A DNA stretch of 61,779 bases from positions 1 to 61,779 of the forward strand of contig JAUSJC010000004.1 of the NCBI GenBank assembly GCA_030647775.1. Reading direction: 5' to 3'. A program made the translations under genes and the position numbers. Shown piece after piece: positions 26,748-35,669 of the stretch. Every line of letters starts with the position of its first letter. Position 1 is the first letter of the stretch. The notes below the pieces were generated by a model. That model saw nothing but the letters and a program-made list of their open reading frames with translations. It ran no database searches and was not told the DNA's origin. This DNA comes from Candidatus Curtissbacteria bacterium. Lineage in GTDB: Bacteria; Patescibacteriota; Microgenomatia; Curtissbacterales; GWA2-41-24.

Positions 26748-27386
26748 CTATTGGCTGGATTGGTCGATTATCTTTTGGAAATCAGATTCGGTAATTACTC
26801 CCTCATATTCCTGCCCGTTTATAAAAAATGTTGGCGTCGCTTTGACTCCGGCCTTTTCTCCTAAAGATTTGTCGGAATTTATAACGGTAATTCCCCCCGC
26901 CAAGTCGTTGTTAAACTTTTTAAGATCTAATTCTAATTTTTGGGCATATTCTTTAAACTTATCGCTTGGGTTTGCCAAATCGGACCAATCTTTTTGGTTC
27001 TGGTAAAGCAAATCGTACATACCCCAATATTTACCCTGCTCACCTGCAGCTTCAGCCGCCCGGGCTGCGTCTACCGCATTGGCGTGGGAAGGAAGCGGAA
27101 AATTACGGAAAACAAAATAGATTTTGTCTTTATTCTTTTCAATAATCAGCTTAACGATTGGGTGCGCCACAGCGCAAGCCGGACATTGAAAGTCTCCAAA
27201 CTCCACGATTTTAACTTTGGCCGAAGGCGTACCTTCCGCGTGCTTCGCTCCTTGGATAAGATCAATTTGCGCTGCACCCAATGCACTCGGCCCCGGCTTT
27301 TGATTGCCGAAGATAAATGCACCGAAAGTTATAATCGCCAGCGTTACCAGCCCAACTCCAATCAAAAATTTAGTTTCTTTTGACAT
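26748..27386 (-). CDS. DsbA-family thiol:disulfide oxidoreductase (membrane-anchored)
   Basis: N-terminal TM, CPAC active site, thioredoxin fold with PTFFINGQ. Confidence 0.75.
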   Translation of the reverse strand: MSKETKFLIGVGLVTLAIITFGAFIFGNQKPGPSALGAAQIDLIQGAKHAEGTPSAKVKIVEFGDFQCPACAVAHPIVKLIIEKNKDKIYFVFRNFPLPSHANAVDAARAAEAAGEQGKYWGMYDLLYQNQKDWSDLANPSDKFKEYAQKLELDLKKFNNDLAGGITVINSDKSLGEKAGVKATPTFFINGQEYEGVITESDFQKIIDQSSQ

Positions 27387-27819
27387 TCTTAGCCTCTGAT
27401 TTTAGCATAATCACCATCATTATCAAAACAACCAAAAAAGCAGCAAGTGAGAGAAACGGTATGGTCACAAAACCAAGGGTAATAAAATCGATTTTACTGC
27501 AGGATTCATAAGCATTGCAGACTGCCGGGACAAGGGTAGCAAGAGGCGTCATCTGCAGTAAATACTGATAAAAAGCAATTGCCGCGCCTATAATTGTCAG
27601 TGGTAAAACATAGTAATAAACCTTTCTGTCATTTCTCAAAATTGCCACCGCTAAAATAACGGCGGAAGAATACATTGGGATTCTTTGGTACCAGCACAAA
27701 AGGCACGGTCTAAGGCCTGCTATTTCGGAAAAATAGAGACTGCCCAGTACCGCCATCCACGCCTGCACAAAAGCAATTTTTAAAGCGTATTCCTGAAAAA
27801 AGTTTCGAATAGTTTTCAT
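27370..27819 (-). CDS. DsbB/BdbC-family disulfide bond formation protein
   Basis: Four TM helices, CLLCWYQR first Cys pair, second pair C..C in loop 2. Confidence 0.7.
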   Translation of the reverse strand: MKTIRNFFQEYALKIAFVQAWMAVLGSLYFSEIAGLRPCLLCWYQRIPMYSSAVILAVAILRNDRKVYYYVLPLTIIGAAIAFYQYLLQMTPLATLVPAVCNAYESCSKIDFITLGFVTIPFLSLAAFLVVLIMMVIMLKSEAKNVKRN

Positions 27820-29130
27820 TTAATTTACAAGCTGATTCAAATCAAAATTCGTATCCGCAAGCTTATCGACCAAAAAAGAAACATCAACTTTGCCCTTAAC
27901 CGCGGCCGTTAGTGGCGCAACCTCCCCGGCACTATTAATAACCGTTGCCCCGACAATTCTTTTGGTGTTGCCCTCCGGGCCAGAGGCCCCTCTGGGCCAG
28001 CGGCCAATCGTTTTAATATAAATTTGCGTCATCTTGCCGGACTCTACCGATCCGCGGCTAATTACTTCGTCAGCAAACGCCATGTCTGTTACCCCGATGA
28101 AAGAATATGTCCCTTCAAAAAAACTGTCGGAGTAAGACGACGCCGTCTCGTAAATAGTCCTCTCGCCAACCATCCCTTTTGCCGCCGCCTGCCCCTGCGA
28201 CGTTGCATTTGCCCAATTCCCCATCATATGTTGTCTTCCAAAAATCACGTCGGCAAATTCGGCACAATCCCCAGCGGCATAGACATCTTTCACATTCGTC
28301 TCTAAGTATTCGTTGGTTAAAATTCCGCGGTTTGTCTTGACCCCCGCCTTGGCAATCCATTCCAAATCCACCTTGATACCTATACCGACACCCACAACAC
28401 CACATTCAAAGCGTTTGCCGGATTTGGTAACTACAGTAGCCACTTTATTGTTTAGGGTCGGACCCTTGAACAGGGTCCGACCCTGTTCAAATTCGAATCT
28501 CTCCACTTCTTCCCCGGTTAAAACTTTAACTCCGTTTTTTGCTAGAACACTTACCATCACCTTACTTGAATCAGGACCTAGTCTATTCGCCCAAAAGTAC
28601 GGCTCTTTTACCAAAATCGTTACTTCCCCAACATTATTCGCCTTAAAACAGGTGGCAAAATCAAGGCTAATAAGCCCGCCGCCGACAATTACCCCGGCTT
28701 TGGCAGAACTTGCCGCCTTGATAACCTTGTCTGTATCTTCCAAAGTTCTGAAATATAAAATGTTCTCAAGCTGGCTGCCCGCCGCATCAAGCCGGATTAC
28801 CCTTCCGCCAATGGAGATAAGCAACTTGCCGTATTGAATCTCTTCCCCGTCAGAAAGAGTAATCAAATGATCAGCACAATTCAGCCCGGTGGCTTTGGTT
28901 TTTTTAAGAAGCTCGATGTTCTTTTGCTTGTACCAGTCGGGAGTTTTTAGAAAAACCTGTTCCCTTTTTATTTTGTTTCGGCTGTAAAATGGCAGTAAAA
29001 CCCGCGAATACTCCTCTTCTTCGTCTGTAACAATTGTGATTGAACCCTCACCATTGCGTGACCGGATCACTTCTGCTGCCGTTGTCCCGGCCGCGCTTCC
29101 GCCAACAATTAAATAGTCAACATTCCTCAT
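27820..29130 (-). CDS. FAD/NAD(P)-dependent pyridine nucleotide-disulfide oxidoreductase family (ferredoxin-reductase-like)
   Basis: DYLIVGGSAAG and VIVGGGLISLD dinucleotide folds, AAGDCAEF. No redox Cys in the Nox/CoADR position (SRVLLPFY). Confidence 0.8.
   Translation of the reverse strand: MRNVDYLIVGGSAAGTTAAEVIRSRNGEGSITIVTDEEEEYSRVLLPFYSRNKIKREQVFLKTPDWYKQKNIELLKKTKATGLNCADHLITLSDGEEIQYGKLLISIGGRVIRLDAAGSQLENILYFRTLEDTDKVIKAASSAKAGVIVGGGLISLDFATCFKANNVGEVTILVKEPYFWANRLGPDSSKVMVSVLAKNGVKVLTGEEVERFEFEQGRTLFKGPTLNNKVATVVTKSGKRFECGVVGVGIGIKVDLEWIAKAGVKTNRGILTNEYLETNVKDVYAAGDCAEFADVIFGRQHMMGNWANATSQGQAAAKGMVGERTIYETASSYSDSFFEGTYSFIGVTDMAFADEVISRGSVESGKMTQIYIKTIGRWPRGASGPEGNTKRIVGATVINSAGEVAPLTAAVKGKVDVSFLVDKLADTNFDLNQLVN
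27970..28003. repeat. 34-nt hairpin element ccctccgggccagaggcccctctgggccagcggc inside the oxidoreductase gene
   Basis: Same element as 11699-11732 and same plus-strand orientation, but the host gene is on the other strand. Encodes [12 protein letters not shown]. Confidence 0.75.
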
Positions 29131-29131
29131 C

Positions 29132-29863
29132 TTAAATTGAAACCCCTTGGACTCCCAAAACTGTTAACACCTGACCAGCCGCAAATCCAACAAATGCCGC
29201 CAAAATTCCGATTATTATCGTTTCCATAACTTTTCCTTTTAAGCTGCCTTTATTCAAAAACCAACGGAAAAAACCAATAAAACCCATCACCAAAACCGCC
29301 ACTATAACCGAAAAAATTAAAGCCCGGTTAATGGGTTTTAGAAAAATAAAAGGCAAAAGCGGCGGAATCCCCCCTAAAAGATAAAATGCACCCATTATCA
29401 GCCCTGAAACAACAGGGTTGCCGTTTTCCTCCTGACTCAAACCCAATTCGTCTCTCATCATCACCGAAAGCCATAACTCTTTATCCGAAGTTACTTTATC
29501 AACCAAAATCTCAAGCTCACGGCCGGAAAAACCTATTTTTGAATAAATCTCTTCAATTTCCTGTTTCTCAACATCCGGCTTGTGTTCCATTTCCCACCGC
29601 TCAATTCTTTCCATCTGGTCGTAAAATTCCCTCTGGCTCTTTACCCCAAGATAATTTCCAAGCGCCATCGAAGCCGAACCGGCAACAATCGTCAAGATAC
29701 CGGCCAAAACTATTATTCCCTGATTATTTACAGTTCCGGCAATCCCCACCAAAAACCCGATGGCCGTCACCACGCCGTCATTAGCACCAAAAACAATGTC
29801 TCTTAAAAAATTGCCAGAATTAGGATGCCCCGGTTCTCTGTCTGCAATACTACTCGCCGCCAT
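29132..29863 (-). CDS. VIT1/CCC1 family iron/manganese transporter
   Basis: FGANDGVVT motif, central EMEHKPDVEKQEIEEIY helix, five TM helices. Confidence 0.8.
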   Translation of the reverse strand: MAASSIADREPGHPNSGNFLRDIVFGANDGVVTAIGFLVGIAGTVNNQGIIVLAGILTIVAGSASMALGNYLGVKSQREFYDQMERIERWEMEHKPDVEKQEIEEIYSKIGFSGRELEILVDKVTSDKELWLSVMMRDELGLSQEENGNPVVSGLIMGAFYLLGGIPPLLPFIFLKPINRALIFSVIVAVLVMGFIGFFRWFLNKGSLKGKVMETIIIGILAAFVGFAAGQVLTVLGVQGVSI

Positions 29864-29911
29864 ATATTTCTAATTCTAACATTTGAAATTTGATATTACC
29901 GACGAAGTCGG

Positions 29912-30136
29912 TCAGGGATATTCTTGCTTACCGGTTCCTTCATCCACCAAAATTATCGCCTTTGTAGGGCAGCTCTCTGCCGCCAGTTTCACAAGTTCCG
30001 GCGGGTCACCCTCGCCTTCCATAACTACTGCTTTGTTCTCACTGTCCAAGGCGAAGGTCTTCATCGCCAGTGCTACGCAGGAAGCCGCGCCAATACAAAG
30101 ATCCCTGTCAACTGTAATTTTCCATTTCTTAGCCAT
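29912..30136 (-). CDS. Small single-cluster ferredoxin
   Basis: 74 aa, DRDLCIGAASC ... ESCPTKAI. Confidence 0.7.
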   Translation of the reverse strand: MAKKWKITVDRDLCIGAASCVALAMKTFALDSENKAVVMEGEGDPPELVKLAAESCPTKAIILVDEGTGKQEYP

Positions 30137-30145
30137 TCGTTAAAT

Positions 30146-30312
30146 TATAAACTTCCGAGGGCTAAAAGCCCTCGGTATTGTCCTTAAGTTTACAAGAGTG
30201 AGCAGAAAACTTCCACCGTTTCCACTTCTAATTACCCACGGAAGTATGTAATCGCTTTTCGCATTCATCCGTGAGCTAAGAAGTCCACGGTTTTCTGCGA
30301 GCGATTATAAAA
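30146..30312 (-). repeat. Conserved leader element, copy 2
   Basis: See 24641-24787. Ends 9 nt before the ferredoxin ATG. Confidence 0.6.
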
Positions 30313-30328
30313 TTATTTCCACGATCTA

Positions 30329-30715
30329 TCAATCCGCTTGCATCTGACCAATTTTCCTAACTGCCTCCAAAGATAAAAAAGCGCATTTTAGCCTCGCCGG
30401 CGGGAAAGAGTTTTTGTCCGCACCCATTAAACTTAAAACATTTTTACCGGTAATTTTGGAAAGGGCGGCAATCGGCTTATTTTTAATTACCCCGGAAAGC
30501 ATTGAGGCACTTGCTATCGAAATGGCGCAACCACTACCCTCAAAAGAAACGTCTTTGATTTTCCCGCTCTCGATTTTAAAGAAAAATGTCACCTGGTCGC
30601 CGCAAAGCGGATTAACCTGTTCAATAACCAAATCGGCCCCGCGCATTTTCCCGAAATTCTGCGGATTCTGCCAATGTTCCAAAATTTCTTCACGATATAA
30701 AGTATCCAAATTCAT
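30329..30715 (-). CDS. sufU: SUF-type Fe-S scaffold SufU/IscU-like
   Basis: NPLCGD, GSGCAIS, LKCAFL cysteine ligands. Confidence 0.85.
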   Translation of the reverse strand: MNLDTLYREEILEHWQNPQNFGKMRGADLVIEQVNPLCGDQVTFFFKIESGKIKDVSFEGSGCAISIASASMLSGVIKNKPIAALSKITGKNVLSLMGADKNSFPPARLKCAFLSLEAVRKIGQMQAD

Positions 30716-30733
30716 CCGAATTTTTTATCCGAA

Positions 30734-32077
30734 TTAAATTCGAATTCTCCTTCCATTATTGTGACTATATTCGGATACATTCGGACTAACAATTCGGGTC
30801 AATTTGGGTTTAAATATGGAAATTACTTTTTCTATACCCGCAATGAATTTATCGACTTCTTCTTTTGTGTTGTAAATATAAAAACTGACGCGGGCCGCCG
30901 ACTCTATCCCCAAAAAATTCATAAGGGGTTGGGCGCAGTGGTGGCCGGACCTTATCGCAATTCCCTCCGCATCCAGAATCGATGCCACGTCGTGGGCATG
31001 GATTGGACCAACGTTAAAAGATATAACACCCGCTCTATTTGTCATCCCGAACTCGTTTCGGGATCTAGATTCTGAATCAAGTTCAGAATGACGAGGTAGG
31101 GGTCCATAAATCTCCACTTCCGGGATTGCTGACAATTTCTTGATTGCGTATCGAGTCAACTCAACTTCATGTTCTCTCACCTTATCCATTCCGATTTTCT
31201 CCAAATATTCTACTGCCGCCATAAGCCCCACTGCCGCCGCCGCATCGGGAGTCCCCGCTTCAAATTTCCAAGGCAACTCATTCCAACTGGTTCCACTAAG
31301 AGAAACTTTAGAAATCATGTCTCCCCCAAATAAAAACGGCGGCATTTTCTCCAAAAGCTCCCTTCTTCCCCACAAAACTCCAATCCCTGTTGGCCCCAGC
31401 ATTTTATGCCCCGTAAAAACGTAGAAATCGCAGCCTATTTTGGCAATATCAACTTTCATATGCGGCACAGCTTGCGCTCCATCAACAATAACTACCGCTT
31501 TTGGTGATAGTCGATGAGCGATAGTCGATAGTCGTCTAACATCATTGACCGTCCCCAAAACATTCGAAACATGGAAAAAGGAGACCAGTTTCGTCCGAGA
31601 TGTAATTGCCTTCTTAAATGCTACTGGATCAACCTCCCCGTTTTCATCAACCGGCACCACTTTCAAAACCGCGCCGTTTTCGCGAGCCAGCTGCTGCCAA
31701 ACCACAAAGTTGGAGTGATGTTCGGCAACCGTAACTACAATCTCATCATTTTTGGAAATATTGTTTCTTCCCCAGCTATAAGCAATAAGATTTAAGGCTT
31801 CTGTCGCGTTTTTTACAAAGATTATCTCACCCGTATCTTTCACCCCCACAAAATTTCCGACAACTTTTCTTGCCAGTTCATACTCTTCAGTTGCTTCCTG
31901 AGAAAGTGTATGGACTCCGCGGTGAACATTGGCGTTATGTTTGGTGTAATAGTGCACCAGCATATCCAAAACCGCCTTGGGTTTCTGGCTCGTCGCCGCA
32001 TTATCAAGATAAACCAATGGTTTCCCATTTATTTTCCTACTTAAGATTGGAAAATCTTGCCTAATTTTGTCCATCAT
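30734..32077 (-). CDS. sufS: Cysteine desulfurase SufS
   Basis: HHSN, FTGHKMLGPTGIG (PLP Lys), RSGHHCAQP active-site Cys. Has a repeat-derived insert and a C-terminal tail. Confidence 0.9.
   Translation of the reverse strand: MMDKIRQDFPILSRKINGKPLVYLDNAATSQKPKAVLDMLVHYYTKHNANVHRGVHTLSQEATEEYELARKVVGNFVGVKDTGEIIFVKNATEALNLIAYSWGRNNISKNDEIVVTVAEHHSNFVVWQQLARENGAVLKVVPVDENGEVDPVAFKKAITSRTKLVSFFHVSNVLGTVNDVRRLSTIAHRLSPKAVVIVDGAQAVPHMKVDIAKIGCDFYVFTGHKMLGPTGIGVLWGRRELLEKMPPFLFGGDMISKVSLSGTSWNELPWKFEAGTPDAAAAVGLMAAVEYLEKIGMDKVREHEVELTRYAIKKLSAIPEVEIYGPLPRHSELDSESRSRNEFGMTNRAGVISFNVGPIHAHDVASILDAEGIAIRSGHHCAQPLMNFLGIESAARVSFYIYNTKEEVDKFIAGIEKVISIFKPKLTRIVSPNVSEYSHNNGRRIRI
31041..31092. repeat. Family B double hairpin inside sufS
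   Basis: gtcatcccgaactcgtttcgggatc + tagattctgaatcaagttcagaatgac. Encodes RHSELDSESRSRNEFGMT. Confidence 0.65.
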
Positions 32078-32089
32078 ATATTTTTAGTT

Positions 32090-32173
32090 GTCATTGCGAG
32101 CGAGTGAAACGAGCGCGGCAATCTCTTTTTAGATTGCTTCGTCATTCTGCAATGCAGAACTCCTCGCAATGAC
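32090..32173. repeat. Family A element between sufD and sufS
   Basis: gtcattgcgagcgag...cctcgcaatgac, with an internal gtcattctgcaatgcagaa hairpin. Confidence 0.7.
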
Positions 32174-32205
32174 GTAACGCATTGGGTCGATAAAACCCTC
32201 AATTA

Positions 32206-32925
32206 TCATTCTTCTTGCCCCTCGTAGCTCTCCTTTGGAGAGCGAAGTGGGGTCTGCTCCATTATTTTCTCCCTCATCGGCCCGATAAACCCCTGAATGA
32301 TTAACTTTTCTGCGCTATCCCTCGAAAGCCCCCTGCTCATCAAATAAAAAATCATTTCTTCATCCACCTTTCCAATTGTCGCCGCGTGTCCGGCTTTAAC
32401 ATCCGGCTCCAAAATCTCCAACGCCGGGGTATCGTCTCCCATTTTGGCATCGTCAAAAAGCAAAGCGTCAGATCTTAAATACGCATCTGCTCCTTTAGCC
32501 CCTTTTTCAATTTTGACGTTCCCCTTGAACGCAAAAGTCGACTTGCCCCGTAAAACCGCGCGGACATTCACATTCGATTTCGTGTTCGGCGCCGCGTGGG
32601 TTATATAAATCTCGAGTGATCGATCATCGACCTTTCCTTTATCCGCCAAAGATCGCTCTTTGGCACGTGTTCGAATAGAACCTGAAGTGCCAAAGTAAGA
32701 TCGGGCGGGCAAAACCAACCCCACAACCTCCACACTAGAATTTTCCCCCGCCAAAACCACTTCCACTCTGTCATTCTGCAATCCGCTAACCCTGTCATTC
32801 TGGAGCGAAGCGATAGAATCTTTACGTCCAGATCCTATCGGTCGTTTCACTCCCTCCAGGACGACACTTGAGTTATCCATCAGCACCGTTATCACCCTTT
32901 TCTCGTCTTTTTTTAAAGTAATCAT
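32206..32925 (-). CDS. sufD: SufD-like Fe-S assembly protein (short form)
   Basis: C-terminal beta-helix region. [21 protein letters not shown] parallels Suf[22 protein letters not shown]. Confidence 0.7.
   Translation of the reverse strand: MITLKKDEKRVITVLMDNSSVVLEGVKRPIGSGRKDSIASLQNDRVSGLQNDRVEVVLAGENSSVEVVGLVLPARSYFGTSGSIRTRAKERSLADKGKVDDRSLEIYITHAAPNTKSNVNVRAVLRGKSTFAFKGNVKIEKGAKGADAYLRSDALLFDDAKMGDDTPALEILEPDVKAGHAATIGKVDEEMIFYLMSRGLSRDSAEKLIIQGFIGPMREKIMEQTPLRSPKESYEGQEE
32769..32835. repeat. Family B-like element inside sufD
   Basis: gtcattctgcaat...gtcattctggagcgaagcgatagaatc encodes DSIASLQNDRVSGLQNDRV. Confidence 0.55.
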
Positions 32926-33221
32926 AGAAAGAGTTCTTTAACCCAAGCAAAAATCACGAATGGCCAGTCAAAAAGAATTAGAGGGAGGATGATAACACTA
33001 ATAGGATTCCCTGTTCTGATAATGGCGATAATAAGGGAGATAGATATGTATAAAACTACAGATGTTAACAAAAGAAATAATTTCGAAATCTTCTGCTTTA
33101 GTAAAATATTCATCACAAAGTGCTGAATACCAAATACTACAAGAAATGCAACAATATTCGATATAATTATTATTGGCAAAATCACTAAAAATAAAAAATA
33201 TCCACCCGTCCCTCCAATCAT
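32922..33221 (-). CDS. Hypothetical 99-aa membrane protein wedged between sufB and sufD
   Basis: Three TM helices, AT-rich, 4-nt overlaps at both ends. Confidence 0.4.
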   Translation of the reverse strand: MIGGTGGYFLFLVILPIIIISNIVAFLVVFGIQHFVMNILLKQKISKLFLLLTSVVLYISISLIIAIIRTGNPISVIILPLILFDWPFVIFAWVKELFL

Positions 33222-34609
33222 CCTACTGATCCCTCCATGTTTAGCTGAATCAATCGATTCAGTTCCACCGCATATTCCAGGGGTAATTCTTTAACAATCG
33301 GCTCGATAAAACCGTTGACGATTAAAGACGTTGCTTCCATTTCGGTTAGACCTCTGCTCATCAGATAAAAAAGTTTTTCCGCATCAATTCGCGAAACGCT
33401 TGCCTCGTGCCCAATCGTCACATCATCTTCGCTAACCTGCATTGTCGGGTAAGTGTCGCTTCGGGATTTTTCATCCAAAATCAAAGCGTCACAGCGCACA
33501 TTACACTTCACACCTTTTGCATTCTTAATAACTTTAACAAGTCCTCTATAACTTGTCCTTCCGCCAAAGGCACTTACCGATTTGGAAATAATCTCGCCGC
33601 TTGTCTCCGGGGCCAAAAACACCAGCTTTCCGCCGGCGTCCTGATGTTGTCCTGCTCCGGCAAATGCCAAAGACAACACTTCTCCCCGCGCTTTCCTGCC
33701 AACCAAATAACAACTCGGATATTTCATGGTGATTTTGCTCCCCAAATTACCATCTACCCACTCCATAGTCCCTTCTTCTTCCACAAACGCCCGCTTAGTG
33801 ACCAAATTGTAAACGTTGTTGGACCAATTCTGGATTGTGGTATAGCGGCAACGCGCGCCCTTTTTAACAAAAATCTCAACAACCGCGCTGTGCAGTGAAT
33901 CTGTCGAATAAACCGGCGCCGTGCAGCCTTCGACATAATGGATATATGCCCCTTCGTCCACAATTATCAGCGTTCTTTCAAACTGCCCCATGTTGGCCGC
34001 ATTTATCCTAAAATAAGCTTGCAAAGGAATATCGACAGAAACTCCCGGCGGCACATAGATAAAAGACCCACCGGACCAAACCGCGGAGTTTAGTGCCGCA
34101 AATTTATTGTCCGCAGCCGGAATGCTTTTGCCGAAATAACTTTTGACAAGTTCCGGGTATTTTTTCAAACCCGTATCCATATCCGTAAAAATTACGCCCA
34201 TGTCTTCCCATTTCTTTTGGAAAGAATGATAAACAGATTCACTTTCATACTGCGCCGTCACCCCCGCCAAATACTTCTTTTCCGCTTCCGGAATGCCAAT
34301 CGCGTCATAAGTATCTTTGATGTCTTTTGGTAAATCGGCCCACGAAGTTTTCTGTTTATCCGTTGGCTTTATGTAGTAAAAAATATTGTCAAAGTCAATG
34401 TCCGTTAGGTCTGCTCCCCAAACCGGCATCTTCTTTGCCAAAAAAATATCGTGCGCTTTTAGCCTCAAATCCCGCATCCACTGCGGCTCGCTCTTCATCG
34501 CCGAAATTTGCTCCACAACCGACCGGTTCAATCCGCGTCGGGATTTAAAAACATAATTCTCCGGTTTGGAAAATCCATATTGGTAATCGGTTGTTTGTAA
34601 ATTGTTCAT
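33218..34609 (-). CDS. sufB: Fe-S cluster assembly protein SufB
   Basis: Full-length SufB signature blocks (FYYIKP, YFRINA, EGCTAP, TIQNWS, KYPSCYL). Confidence 0.95.
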   Translation of the reverse strand: MNNLQTTDYQYGFSKPENYVFKSRRGLNRSVVEQISAMKSEPQWMRDLRLKAHDIFLAKKMPVWGADLTDIDFDNIFYYIKPTDKQKTSWADLPKDIKDTYDAIGIPEAEKKYLAGVTAQYESESVYHSFQKKWEDMGVIFTDMDTGLKKYPELVKSYFGKSIPAADNKFAALNSAVWSGGSFIYVPPGVSVDIPLQAYFRINAANMGQFERTLIIVDEGAYIHYVEGCTAPVYSTDSLHSAVVEIFVKKGARCRYTTIQNWSNNVYNLVTKRAFVEEEGTMEWVDGNLGSKITMKYPSCYLVGRKARGEVLSLAFAGAGQHQDAGGKLVFLAPETSGEIISKSVSAFGGRTSYRGLVKVIKNAKGVKCNVRCDALILDEKSRSDTYPTMQVSEDDVTIGHEASVSRIDAEKLFYLMSRGLTEMEATSLIVNGFIEPIVKELPLEYAVELNRLIQLNMEGSVG

Positions 34610-34678
34610 AATTAAACTTCTCGATTCGTTTCACTCACTCGAAGAATATTGTTCGAGCGCAGTCGAGAACTACTTCTT

Positions 34679-34791
34679 GTCATTCCGAACCCTAGACCTT
34701 TAGGTCGCATGGCACTGTATATTTCGGAATCTAGATCCTGAATCAAGCCTTCGAGGCCGTGAGCCCTCAGGCCGAATCGGTTCAGGATGAC
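34679..34791. repeat. GTCATTCCGAAC-type element plus a family B element, overlapping the sufC stop
   Basis: 34679-34731 matches the inverted 11043-11095. 34734-34791 is the inverted near-copy of 35235-35292. Confidence 0.7.
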
Positions 34792-35669
34792 ATAGTAGTA
34801 AATGCCCCGTATCCTTTCTCTTCAACCTTTTGCGCTAAACCCGCTTTGCCGGATTTAATAATCTGCCCGTCTACCATCACATGCACAAAATCCGGCTTTA
34901 GATATTTAAGGATACGGGCGTAGTGAGTTATAAGTATGATTGATGATTGTCGATTGTTGATTGTAAATTGTTTAATCGCAGAAGCAACTAATTTTAAACC
35001 ATCAACGTCCAAACCAGAATCAATCTCATCCAAAATCACTAGTTTCGGTTTCAAAGCCATCATCTGCAAAATCTCATTTCGCTTTTTTTCTCCACCGGAA
35101 AATCCCTCATTGAGTGAACGTCTTAAAAAGTCCTCCGGAAGTTTAAGTTCCGACATATACTTTTTGAGTTCGTCACGGAATTGCTTAGCACTGTCATTGC
35201 GAGGAGTCACAAACGACGAAGCAATCCCGCCATCGTCATCCTGAACCGATTCGGCCTGAGGGCTCACGGCCTCGAAGGCTTGATTCAGGATCTGTTTCCC
35301 CGTTTTGAGATTGCTTCTCCGTCGATTGACGGCTCGCAATGACAATAGGGAGTTTGACGTTTTCGCTTTTCTAAGAAAATTAAAAACCGAAACTCCCGGA
35401 ACTTCCACCGGGTGCTGGAATCCCAAAAAAATTCCCAATTTCGCCCGCTTATCCGGCGCTAACTTTGTAATGTCCTGACTATTCACTATGCATTTTCCAC
35501 TAACCACTTTATAATTCGGGTGCCCCGCGATAACCTGCGCCAAAGTCGACTTTCCGCTTCCATTCGGCCCCATGAGCACGTGAATCTGGCCACTACCAAC
35601 TTCCAGATCCACGCCCTTCAAGATTTCTTTATCACTGACACTTGCTTTAAGATTCTTAATCTTTAGCAT
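34782..35669 (-). CDS. sufC: Fe-S cluster assembly ATPase SufC
   Basis: GPNGSGKST, FSGGEKKRNEILQ, LDEIDSGLD, THY. Start placed at MLKIKNL after a GGAGG. About 50 extra residues in the helical subdomain. Confidence 0.9.
   Translation of the reverse strand: MLKIKNLKASVSDKEILKGVDLEVGSGQIHVLMGPNGSGKSTLAQVIAGHPNYKVVSGKCIVNSQDITKLAPDKRAKLGIFLGFQHPVEVPGVSVFNFLRKAKTSNSLLSLRAVNRRRSNLKTGKQILNQAFEAVSPQAESVQDDDGGIASSFVTPRNDSAKQFRDELKKYMSELKLPEDFLRRSLNEGFSGGEKKRNEILQMMALKPKLVILDEIDSGLDVDGLKLVASAIKQFTINNRQSSIILITHYARILKYLKPDFVHVMVDGQIIKSGKAGLAQKVEEKGYGAFTTMSS
35193..35343. repeat. Nested insertion inside sufC: family A element carrying a family B element (35235-35292)
   Basis: gtcattgcgagg...[gtcatcctgaac...gattcaggatc]...gctcgcaatgac. 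Translated through as SLRAVNRRRSNL...GGIASSFVTPRND. Confidence 0.8.

Noticed and set aside
31495-31540. tagtcgat-type low-complexity DNA in sufS (HRLSTIAHRLSPK), considered as another insertion.
   Set aside because: The segment length matches the usual SufS spacing before VDGAQ, so there is no clear extra sequence. It may be compositional coincidence, so it is not claimed.
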